A stretch of DNA of 25,996 nucleotides from positions 1-25,996 of the forward strand of contig NW_021836266.1 in assembly GCF_006345805.1 (NCBI RefSeq), read 5' to 3'. Origin of the DNA: Octopus sinensis. Taxonomy: Eukaryota. Made by a program: the position numbers and the translations under genes. Under the pieces are notes generated by a model. It made no database searches and had not been told where the DNA came from. It was given only the letters and a program-made list of their open reading frames with translations. Within the stretch, counting starts at the first letter, position 1, and the number at the start of each line of letters is the position of its first letter. Positions 10,446 through 20,586 of this stretch are shown piece by piece.

Positions 10446-10802
10446 ATTCACCTTATACAACAACTTAGTGAAGTTGATGCTCTCGACTAACCCATCGTCT
10501 CTATAGAAACCGCTCTTGTTCCTATATACAAGAACCTCCTAACAAGCCTCTCAAACCTCATACGAAACTTCGCTTCCAAATCGACACCTAAAACCACAAC
10601 AAAGCTTTGTAATAAACATCGTATTAAAAATCTTGATTAAAATAACTTTTTCGATTCAATATTTGTTGTACAGCAATTGAAATATATTAAGTATGCTGGT
10701 TTATATACTTCTATGCTAAAACTATTTTATCAGTTTCTTTTAATTTCTTCTCTCCTCACTTAAGTCTAATAGTTTTCATTTGTTTCTAATTTGTTGTTGT
10801 TC

Positions 10803-10834
<32 letters not shown>

Positions 10835-10857
10835 TTTTTTTTTTTTTTTTTTTACAG

Positions 10858-11114
10858 CCGCCTGTTTGTTGGTACTCAACGAAGTGTATATAAAGTCAGT
10901 CGACCACGGTATAGACCACATCCCGGCAAGACATCCGAAGATTGCTACCTACCGTTATGGATTCTCTTTCATTTTATCTTGGATTAGCTTCGTCATTTAC
11001 TTCTTGGCCGGTTGCGTTTTCCTATTCGCATCGCACAAACAGAAGACCGAAATGGCTGACGAGGAAGATGAACTAGCGGAACAAGATGAGCCAATGCATC
11101 TAGGCCGTATATAA
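10858..11114 (+). CDS. Terminal coding exon of the claudin/PMP22/EMP/MP20-superfamily protein (end of TM3, ECL2, TM4, acidic tail)
   Basis: Strong acceptor (T)n-acag|CC. Encodes (A)ACLLVLNEVYIKSVDHGIDHIPARHPKIATYRYGFSFILSWISFVIYFLAGCVFLFASHKQKTEMADEEDELAEQDEPMHLGRI*. Y-x-Y-G-x-S-F-x-L-x-W before a hydrophobic helix is the typical TM4 lead-in of this superfamily. No ortholog name is assignable. Confidence 0.85.
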
Positions 11115-11400
11115 AGAGATACAGTCACCTGTTTACAATGGTGAAAGCCTTTCTCTGTCTATTTTTCTTATGGACGATTATACGATTGGACGATTGGAAC
11201 GTAATTTTTATTCTTGTCCTTTTGGACGAGTGGACGTTTGGACGTAACTTTTTTGTCGTTTTTGGACGATTGAACGTTTTGCGGGGTTTGCGTGTAAAAG
11301 CAATAGGGCCTGGTGTTAACACTTTTCTTTATTAAGCTGTTATATCGAAACATAGGTTACGAGATTGTTTTGGGGTTTGTTTTTTTTTTTGTTAAGAGAA
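11115..11400 (+). other. Probable proximal 3' UTR; 3' end not determined
   Basis: Follows the TAA at 11112-11114; U-rich; no unambiguous polyadenylation site identified. Confidence 0.55.
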
Positions 11401-11534
11401 AAAAGAGCGAAAAGAAAGAAAATAATGAGAAATAATAACGTGAAATGAAACGGAAGAAAAGTTGAAGAAGAAAGATAAAAAAATTTTTTTTAAGTGTAGA
11501 AAGAAATGAATCAAGAAGAAAGTTAATCAAAGCG

Positions 11535-11579
<45 letters not shown>

Positions 11580-11999
11580 TAATAATAATATAATTAGAAG
11601 AAGAAGAAGAAACCCAAAAATATAAATAAGAAGACAGCTAAATAGAGTTAAGTGGAGGAGAACTGATTTAATGACAGAGGCAAACGAGAAATGAGAAAGA
11701 AAATGAAGGAAATTAATACGTTATTATAAAGGGAGATAATTGGATGTGAAACTTCCTGCCAATGTTCATTTTTTACGTGTTTTTTATACCCCACCCCGTC
11801 CCTACCACTACTACCACCAACACCACCACCACCACCACCACCATTGGCTTTTTGAATTGAATACGCACACATATACATAAGCACACACAAACACACATAC
11901 ACGCAGATTTACGGATACATATGCGTTCAGGCTCCTTATCATAAACACAAACATATACACGCCAGTACACACACACACACACACATACATACATACACA

Positions 12000-12035
<36 letters not shown>

Positions 12036-12222
12036 ACACAGGCACATTTACATAAGAAAGCATGCGCGCACGCACATCGATACTTTGAAACTATCTTGAA
12101 GTTGGAGCATGATATATTTAAAAAAATTTATATCTTTAGAAAAAATCCAAACACTACAAGAATAAAAGATGATGACCTCAATGAGCAAATAAAAAACCTA
12201 ATAAAGACAGACAGATAGATAC

Positions 12223-12262
<40 letters not shown>
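11535..12262. repeat. Cluster of microsatellites: (AAT)n, (CAC)n, (CA)n, (GA)n
   Basis: Approximately 11535-11595, 11808-11843, 11860-12075 and 12228-12262. Confidence 0.85.
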
Positions 12263-12267
<5 letters not shown>

Positions 12268-12908
12268 GGACTAGGAAATGACAAGAATACGGAATTCAAA
12301 GGTAATTGACTGTAATGTTTCTTGGTAACAATGGCAATATATTGCGAAAGAGTTTATATCTATCAAAAAGTGTGATTGCCGTGAGGGGTAAGAAAAAAAC
12401 CGACGTTTCGGACATTCGTCATTTTTCTAAAACTCGCGACGGACTTTTTACTCCAGCGACAATCATACCTATTTAACAGTTATAAACTCTTTTGAAATAT
12501 ATTGAAAATGTAATATACTGAGTTGAATGACATATTTAAAAACCAATAACAACAACCCCCCAAAGCCATGGAAACGAAATAAAGCACAAAATAAAAGCAA
12601 ATGGATATTTATTTATTAAGACTCATGGACATGGATAAATATGAAAATATGTCTTTTTTTATAAAAACAGGCAACATGTTCGAGATATATATTTTTAGAA
12701 GAAAAAAGATATCGCGTGTGTGTGTAATGTGTATATGTGAGCGTGTATATTTTATAGACGTATATCTATACACATGTATATGTAATATATACATGCATAT
12801 ATACATATATAGGTGTGTGTATACGTAAGTGTACATATGTACCCACACAGGTATGCATGCATACACACATATATATGGTTTTATTTATATGCATATGTCT
12901 ATGTGTGT

Positions 12909-13091
12909 ATGAATGCATATATATATATATACATACATACACACACATACATATTGTAGATATATATGTAAATATGTGTCTACATATGTATATATGCATA
13001 TATATATATATATGTGTGTGTTTGTATTATGTATATATATTCATATATATATATATATAATATATATATATATATGTATGTTATATATATC

Positions 13092-13134
<43 letters not shown>

Positions 13135-13159
13135 GTATCATATATATATATATATATAT

Positions 13160-13201
<42 letters not shown>

Positions 13202-14068
13202 ATATATATATATTATATATATATATATATATAGGTATTTCATAACGAGGAAAAATGAACTCATTCCAGGAGAGTGCGTAATGGCAGTTGTATTTTGACT
13301 GCGTTATGCCGTGTGGTCGTCAACAAAGGAAAGGGTGAGATTCCGGTGCCATCTTAGACTAAGTTACTACATTTGTTTTTCAGTCACAGATTGATAATTC
13401 CAGTTGGGATAAAGTGACCATCTTTAAGGAATTAACTGTAATCGCATAACGCATTAGCTGTGTATGAGTATGTGTGTGTGTGTGTGTGTGTGTACTTACA
13501 TTGCGGTGCTCTCGAACCCACACACCTGAAGATATGCAGCTACACAGGTACTGTTGAATCTTATTAAATGTAATATTGTGTAAACTATGTGAAATACTCA
13601 GCGATTACCAGCTGGTACTAATGCGCGGAAACAATTGTAGTGATTTGGATAAAAGCCTTTCCATTCCATCTTCTTGTAATATAATTATTTTATATATGCA
13701 TACGCACACTCGCGCACACACACACACACACACACGCACACACACACATATTATAATGTGTGTGTGTTTATATATGTATGGTGTATATTATACATGATGT
13801 ATATATATATATAATATATATATATATATATAATATATATGTAACATATATGTAACATACGTACATATGAATATTATATATATGTAACATATATGTAACT
13901 ACGTATATATGAATACATATATATATATACATACATACACACACATAATATTTGTAGATATATATGTATATGTGTCTACATATGTAGTATGGCATATATT
14001 ATATATATGTGTGTGTTGTATTATGTATATATATTCATATATATATATATATAATATATATTATATTG

Positions 14069-14119
<51 letters not shown>

Positions 14120-14128
14120 TATATATGT

Positions 14129-14182
<54 letters not shown>

Positions 14183-14899
14183 ATATATATATATATAATA
14201 ATATATATATAATATATAATATATATAGGTATTTCATAACGAGGAAAAATGAACTCAATTCCAGGAGAGTGCGTAATGGCAGTTGTATTTTGACTGCGTT
14301 ATGCCGTGTGGTCGTCAACAAAGGAAAGGGTGAGATTCCGGTGCCATCTTAGACTAAGTTACTACATTTGTTTTTCAGTCACAGATTGATAATTCCAGTT
14401 GGGATAAAGTGACCATCTTTAGGAATTAACTAATCGCATAACGCATTAGCTGTGTATGAGTATGTGTGTGTGTGTGGTGTGTGTGTACTTACATTGCGGT
14501 GCTCTCGAACCCACACACCTGAAGATATGCAGCTACACAGGTACTGTTAATCTTTTATTAAATGTAATATTGTGTAAACTATGTGAAATACTCATCGATT
14601 ACCAGCTGGTACTAATGCGCGGAAACAATTGTAGTGATTTGGATAAAAGCCTTTCCATTCCATCTTCTTGTAATATAATATTTTATATATGCATACGCAC
14701 ACTCGCGCACACACACACACACACACGCACACACACACATATTATAATGTGTGTGTGGTTATATATGTATGGTGGTATATTTATACATGATGTATATATA
14801 TATATAAATATATTATATATATATATATATGTACATATATGTAACATACGTACATATGAATATATATATATATGTAACATATATGTAACATACGTATAT
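12909..14899 (+). repeat. ~1-kb tandem duplication (units 12909-13908 and 13909-14899) rich in (TA)n; possibly an assembly artefact
   Basis: Non-repetitive core ataggtatttcataacgagg... occurs at 13231 and 14225; atgaat(g/a)cat starts at 12909, 13909 and 14900. Confidence 0.9.
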
Positions 14900-15369
14900 A
14901 TGAATACATATATATATATACATACACACAACTCAAACATATATATAGATATACAAATACATGTACACATATATGCATATATACGCACAACACATACACA
15001 AATTTGCACAAATACACATACACACACACACACATATATATATATAATATATATATACATATAAACACACGCCCGCACGGACACATAAATACACACATGC
15101 TGAATCGTTGCTTGGTCGAAATGTTAACCTGAATCCTACCAAACATAATATTTATTTCGATATGACTAAAGAGAAAGAGAGAGAGAGAGGGAGAGAACGG
15201 GAGAAAGAGAACAAAAAGAAAAAAAACAAAACAAAAGAAATACCAAAAAATAACAACAAAAATATTTTTTAACCTATTTATTATTAAAATGATGTGAAAC
15301 GAGAAAAAAAAAAATTAAACCAAAAAATTGTGTTGTTTTTTTTTTGTTTTTGTGTTGTAATATCAATTT

Positions 15370-15423
15370 TTGATGATGATAATGATGATGATTGATAATG
15401 ATGATCGTGATGATGATGATGAA

Positions 15424-15473
<50 letters not shown>

Positions 15474-15475
15474 AG

Positions 15476-15513
<38 letters not shown>

Positions 15514-15555
15514 GATGATGATGAAGATGATGATGATGATGAAGATGGTGATGAA

Positions 15556-15588
<33 letters not shown>

Positions 15589-15651
15589 GCTGATGATGAT
15601 GATGATGATGATGATGAAGATGAAGCTGATGATGATGATGATGATGATGAA

Positions 15652-15684
<33 letters not shown>

Positions 15685-15686
15685 GC

Positions 15687-15717
<31 letters not shown>

Positions 15718-16013
15718 GATGAAGCTGATAATGATGATCAAGATGATGATGATGATGATGTGATGATGATGATGGTGGTGATGGTGAGGATGCTAATGAG
15801 TATGATGATGATGATCATCATCATCGTCGTAATCATCAGCATCATCATCGCCGTAATCATCAGCATCATCATCACAATCATCAACATTTTCGTCGACGTC
15901 ATCATCATCACGAGTTGTCACCATCATCATCATCATCATCATCATCATCGTCGTCGTCGTCGTCATCGTCGTCGTCGTTGTCGTCGGCGTTGTCATCATG
16001 AACGTCATCATCA
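15370..16013. repeat. Long (GAT)n array with GAA/GCT interruptions, switching to (ATC)n/(GTC)n after 15814
   Basis: Direct observation. Confidence 0.95.
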
Positions 16014-16074
16014 CCAATATAATCATGGTTTCTAAATAAGTCAAAAGACTGAAATTTTAACGAGAGAGAGAGAG

Positions 16075-16604
16075 ATTAGTTGAGGCTCTCGTCCTCTAGC
16101 AAGTAACTAGTACTTTACTTTATCAACTCCACATGGATGAAAGTTGACTTCGGCGAAATTTGAACCCAAAACGGAACGAGTTGAACAGTAAAAAGTTACA
16201 TTCAGTCAATCCACCACTGAATGTATTATTGATAATAATGCTTTCAATATTGAGTACAAGGCCAGCAGTTATAAGGGAGCGGGGAATTGAGTACATCAAC
16301 CCCACTACTTCACTGGCACTTATTTTCGCGAGCCCCAAAGGATAAAAGTCGTAAGTCGACCTAGGCAGCATTTGAACTCAGAACGTAATGTGCTACGAAA
16401 AATAGTGGTTTCAAATTTTGGCACAAGACCAGTAATTTCAGGGGAGGAAAAAGTCAATTACATCCACCCCAGTACTGAGCTAGTATCTATTTTATCCACC
16501 CTGAAAAGGATAAAAGGCAAAGTCGACCCCAGCGAAACTTCAGCTCAGAACGTACGTACGGACGGACGAAATGCTCAGCAGTATTTCGTCCAGCGTACTT
16601 TCGT
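16075..16604 (-). mobile_element. Two to three adjacent decayed copies of SINE family C (about 16075-16190, 16255-16400, 16406-16604)
   Basis: Each has the atttgaactcag/aaacttcagctcag B-box remnant; the two longer copies also have the gtcgacc...aaagga...tac(a)tc(a/c)accc core seen in 21814-22045. Confidence 0.65.
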
Positions 16605-16699
16605 CCCCCACACTTTATGCCTGTCTTTGTATTTTCCCCCTCATCCTTCGACCTTGTGGTCAATGAAAGAATTTATCCTCCTCCTCCTCCTCCTCCTCC

Positions 16700-16737
<38 letters not shown>
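16605..16737 (+). mobile_element. Short inverted copy of the extreme 3' end plus (CCT)n(CAT)n tail of the L1/Tx1-like element at 17155-17940
   Basis: cccccacactttatgcc...gtggtcaatgaaagaatttatcctcctc is the reverse complement of about 17160-17282, with one substitution in the non-repetitive part. Confidence 0.9.
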
Positions 16738-16738
<1 letters not shown>

Positions 16739-16744
16739 GTATTA

Positions 16745-16805
<61 letters not shown>

Positions 16806-16808
16806 AGT

Positions 16809-17144
16809 GAAGGCGCATGGCTCAGTGGTTAGAGCGTCGAGCTTACGATCGTGAGGTTGTGAGCTCGAACCCGGACCGGCTGCGTGTTGGTGTCTTGAGC
16901 AAGGCACTTTATTTCACGTTGCTCCAGTTCACTCAGCTGTAGAAAAAGTTGCGACGTCACTGTGCCAAGCTGCATCGACCTTTGTCTTTCCCTTGGATAA
17001 CACTGGTGGCGTGGAGAGGGGAGGCTGGTATGCATGGGCGACTGCTGGTCTTCCATAAACAACCTTGCCCGGACTTGCGTCTAGGAGGGTAACTTTCTAG
17101 GTGCAATCCCATGGTCATTCATGACCGAAGGGAGTCTTTACCCT
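16809..17144 (+). mobile_element. tRNA-derived SINE (body type B, tail 4) with 8-bp TSD
   Basis: Head ggcgcatggctcagtggttagagcg...gagctcgaaccc; body gagcaaggcactttatttcacgttgctccag; TTAATAGT at 16801-16808 and 17145-17152. Confidence 0.85.
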
Positions 17145-17154
17145 TTAATAGTAA

Positions 17155-17162
17155 TGATAATG

Positions 17163-17193
<31 letters not shown>

Positions 17194-17940
17194 GGAGGAG
17201 GAGGAGGAGGATAAATTCTTTCATTGGCCACAAGGTCGAAGGATGAGGGGGAAAATACAAAGACAGGCATAAAGTGTGGGGGGTTTACACAATGGAATGA
17301 TAAAAAACGGGAAAGAAAGTAAGTGTACACGGTATACACTGAAAAAGGTTAAAAAAGGGTGGCGGAGCGGGTGATAGAGATGTGGCCCTCCTGATACATG
17401 AAGGCCTCTATGGATAATCGAGGAACCCCCATTGTCCGGAATTTCTCTGAAACCCCAAGTGCAATGTTCTCTCCAATTCCTTCGTGACATCTCACAGGTC
17501 AACACTTAGAGATGTACCATCCACTCTTGCCATTTTCGCAGCTTTCATTCACCTTTCAATAAACTCACCGGAGGACAGCACTTCCCTCTCCACTCTCACT
17601 TTCCTTCATTGATTTCCATAAAGAAGTCAATGAGAGCTCTACCAAAGAGAAACGTGTCTATCCTCATGCCTTACAGCCTTGTCCATCAAACAACCCATTT
17701 GGCCACAGCCACCAGGCGAAGGAAAATTGCCTTGCCTGTTCGATTGAAGGAGGGCGGCGGTGCAATCGTCATTACAAACTCGGCCGACAGACGGATCCGT
17801 CGCACACGTGACAGCAGCTTTTCGACATAACCCCACAAGTCAGCAATGCCCGCACACTGAACAAGGGTGTGCAGAACGGGTTCGTCACTCTGCGCGCACC
17901 TCGGCGCGTCTGACAGCACATCTGTGTCTGTAAAGTTTAT
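17155..17940 (-). mobile_element. 5'-truncated, decayed L1/Tx1-like LINE: ORF2 C-terminal zinc knuckle, 3' UTR and (CCT)n(CAT)n tail
   Basis: Minus strand gives KLYRHRCAVRR / PRCAQSDEPVLHTLVQCAGIADLWGYVEKLL (degenerate CxxC...HxxxxC knuckle), then KVRVEREVLSSGEFIER*MKAAKMARVDGTSLSVDL*, with several stops and frameshifts. Confidence 0.7.
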
Positions 17941-17950
17941 GATAATAATA

Positions 17951-18040
<90 letters not shown>

Positions 18041-18640
18041 GTCGGCATTATAAAATCAAAACCGCTGACAAATGGTATAAACACCATCCTGAAGCTGTGA
18101 CTGAGGGAGAAAATGTGTCGATTCTATGGGACTTCCCCGTACAGACCGACAAAACTACAAAAGCTTATAAACCGGATATTATTATAAAAGATCAGATAAA
18201 AAAAGATGTGTTTATTAATTGACATGAGTATTCCTTGCGATCACAATATATCGGCGAAAGAATTTGACAAGACTAGTAAATATAAAGACTTGCTAATAGA
18301 AATTTTTAAAAATGTGGCATCTCAAGGCGACTACAGTACCAGTGATTGTAGGATCTCTAGGAATGATAAAAAAAGGTACTGAAACCTATTTGAAAATGAT
18401 TCCAGGCTTACCATCCCTACAGGAAGTGCAAAAACTCGTGTTAACTGGAACGGCTCATGTAATTAGAAGAGCATTATCGCTGTGAAAACAACATCCATCC
18501 ATGAATTTATTAATTCATTAATTTTTAAATACATATTTTATCTGTGAATTTGCGCGTGTAATCTGGGAATACATACAATGAGCTTCTCTACCCTAGGTGT
18601 ATGGAAAACACTCGGCGAGAAACGGAAGAAAATTTGAAAA
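18041..18640 (+). mobile_element. 5'-truncated RLE-type non-LTR retrotransposon (R4/Dong-like): restriction-like endonuclease domain plus 3' UTR, flanked on both sides by (AAT)n
   Basis: RHYKIKTADKWYKHHPEAVTEGENVSILWDFPVQTDKTTKAYKPDIIIKDQIKK / MCLLIDMSIPCDHNISAKEFDKTSKYKDLLIEI / KMWHLKATTVPVIVGSLGMIKKG...QEVQKLVLTGTAHVIRRALSL* (stop 18483-18485), with two frameshifts in homopolymer runs. The PD...D...KY pattern fits an RLE. Confidence 0.85.
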
Positions 18641-18666
18641 TAATAATAATAACAATAATAGCAATG

Positions 18667-18723
<57 letters not shown>

Positions 18724-18740
18724 TAATAATATAATAATAA

Positions 18741-19296
18741 ATGCCCTGATGCAGTGCCAGGCAGCAGCTCTCGTGGCTTCTGATCTTAACTGATTGGAAG
18801 TGTTATCATGTACATTGTTTTGTCTTGGTATAAAAGATGGGCTACAGTAAATATCCTGCTCAATACCACAGATTTGCTTGTCAGTTGTTTGACCTTAACC
18901 AGTTGACCATGTCCCTTAGTGGCTGGAGATATGTGCATCTCTGATCACGAGCAGAAGTAGTTGGGGAGCACCATAGCCATGTGTTAAGAAGCATTCTTTG
19001 GGGTTTGAATAATTCACCTCTGGAAACATGGGTGTTTCGTTCAACGTCCTTAAACAACCCTTAATCAGAGACCTTTTGAGCGGGATGGGTTACTCAACCA
19101 GAAGAAAATTCTAATTGGGCCCCACCTGCGAGGTTATGCGCTGTATATCTTGATATGAGATCACCATGTCGCGCGCATATGGTTGTGATGCATGTGCCCA
19201 GTGTACCCTTATCAGACGGGTAGTCATGATGGGTATACTGGGCTTCGTATATTTTACCCCGGTGTCACTTTGATGGCATGCACTGCTCTCTCACTC
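18741..19296 (+). mobile_element. Unclassified (AAT)n-flanked interspersed repeat, longer copy
   Basis: Lies between (AAT)n 18641-18740 and (AAT)n 19297-19350; its 3' part matches 1309-1716; no tRNA head and no long ORF. Confidence 0.8.
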
Positions 19297-19350
<54 letters not shown>

Positions 19351-19351
<1 letters not shown>

Positions 19352-20140
19352 CTTTCAAATTTTCGCATAAGGCCAGCAATTGTAAGGGGGGCAGAAGTCG
19401 ATTACATCACTCCCCTCTATACTTGGCTAGTACTCAATTTATCGACCCCGAAAGGATGAAAGTCAAACTTGACCATGGCAGCATTTGAACTTAAAACGTT
19501 AGAACGTAATGGGTTGCAAGAAATATTGATAAGCATTTTGTCTGATACGTTAATGACCACTAATTTGAGGGGAGGGGAAAGACAATTGCACACATCCAGG
19601 ACTTGACTGGTACTTTATTTTAAAAAAAATATATGTGCCCTTTGTAAAGCCTAGCCTGGCTCATGGGCCCGGTTTCCCAGTTTCTATGGCGTATGTGTTC
19701 CCCAGCTGGACGGGACGCCAGTCTATCTCAGCGTTACTCATTTTTGCTTGCTGAGTGGACTGGAGCAACGTGAAATGAAGTGTTTTGCTCAAGAACACAA
19801 CGCATCGCCCGGTCCAGGAACCGAAACCACAATCTTACGATCATGATGCTGACACCCTAACCACTAAGCCACGCGCCTCCACTGGTACTTTATTTTAGGA
19901 ACTTTAAAAAGATGAAAGTCAGCCTCAGCGGAATTTGAACTCAGGCATTTTGTCCGGTACAGTAACGGTTCTTCCAGCTGGCCACCTTTCAAAAACAAAC
20001 TTCTAATTTTGGCACTAGGCCAGCAATTTTGTACTCAACCCGAGTGCTGAACTGACACTTATTTTATCGGCCCTGAAAGGATCAAAACGAAGCTGATCTC
20101 AGCAGAATTTGAACTAAGAGTGTCAAGAGTTTGAAGAAAT
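19351..20140 (-). mobile_element. Three adjacent decayed copies of SINE family C (about 19351-19557, 19558-19990, 19995-20140)
   Basis: Repeated tactttattt(tat)cg...aaa(g)gat(g/c)aaa...gaatttgaact core on the minus strand; the middle copy is interrupted by the 19623-19880 insertion. Confidence 0.7.
19623..19880 (-). mobile_element. tRNA-derived SINE (body type B, tail 3) nested in an older SINE, with 17-bp TSD
   Basis: ACTGGTACTTTATTTTA at 19606-19622 and 19881-19897. Head gtggaggcgcgtggcttagtggttaggg; body shared with 16809-17144; tail shared with 8679-8969. Confidence 0.9.
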
Positions 20141-20286
20141 AATAACGTGGGAGAGAAGGAACTAATGAGGGAACCTTTAGGTGCCCTTTCGAATTTCAAG
20201 AAATAACAGCCAATTATACGTCAGATCCAAGGCAGTTTTAGAGCACACTCTCTAAATATGATGAAAGACAATATTAAAGAAGATAC

Positions 20287-20490
20287 TATGGCGGCAAGCT
20301 TTCAGAACCGTTAGCACACCGGGCAAAATGCTTAGGGACATTTCGTCTGTCTTTACGGCCCACGAGGTCAACTTTGCTTTTCATCCTTTCGGGGTCGATG
20401 CAATAAGTACCAATTGAACACTGAGGTCGATGCAATCGAATTACGCCCTCTCCCGAAATTGCTGGCCTTGTGCCAAAATTTGAAATCAAT
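20287..20490 (+). mobile_element. SINE family C copy with an internal deletion
   Basis: Head ggcggcaagctttcagaaccgttagcacaccggg and core catcctttcggggtcgat match 21814-22045; the 3' tail is different. Confidence 0.8.
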
Positions 20491-20507
20491 ATTTAAAAAG
20501 GCACTTG

Positions 20508-20586
20508 CTTAAGGTGCTCTACAACGGGGTCGAACTGATAAACACAGGATTACAAAATGAAGCGGTTAACCCTGACAGCCATTGCT
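20508..20586 (-). mobile_element. Decayed SINE head fragment
   Basis: Minus strand gcaatggctgtcagggttaa...cagttcgacccc...gcaccttaagcaagtg resembles a tRNA head followed by the start of a CORE-like body. Confidence 0.4.

Noticed and set aside
11171-11268. TGGACG equals the 5' end of miR-184 (UGGACGG...)
   Set aside because: The motif is in the miRNA's own sense, the match stops at 6 nt, there is no hairpin, and the antisense strand lacks the CCGTCC seed match.
13231-13800. Cys-containing ORFs in the duplicated core (13576-13797, 14456-15064)
   Set aside because: No recognisable motif; the ORFs run into microsatellite and differ between the copies by frameshifting indels.
15370-16035. 221-aa poly-Asp/His/Arg ORF (and the overlapping poly-Met and poly-Ile ORFs)
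   Set aside because: All are translations of the (GAT)n/(ATC)n microsatellite; there are no splice signals or non-repetitive coding context. An acidic biomineralisation-type protein cannot be supported without RNA evidence.
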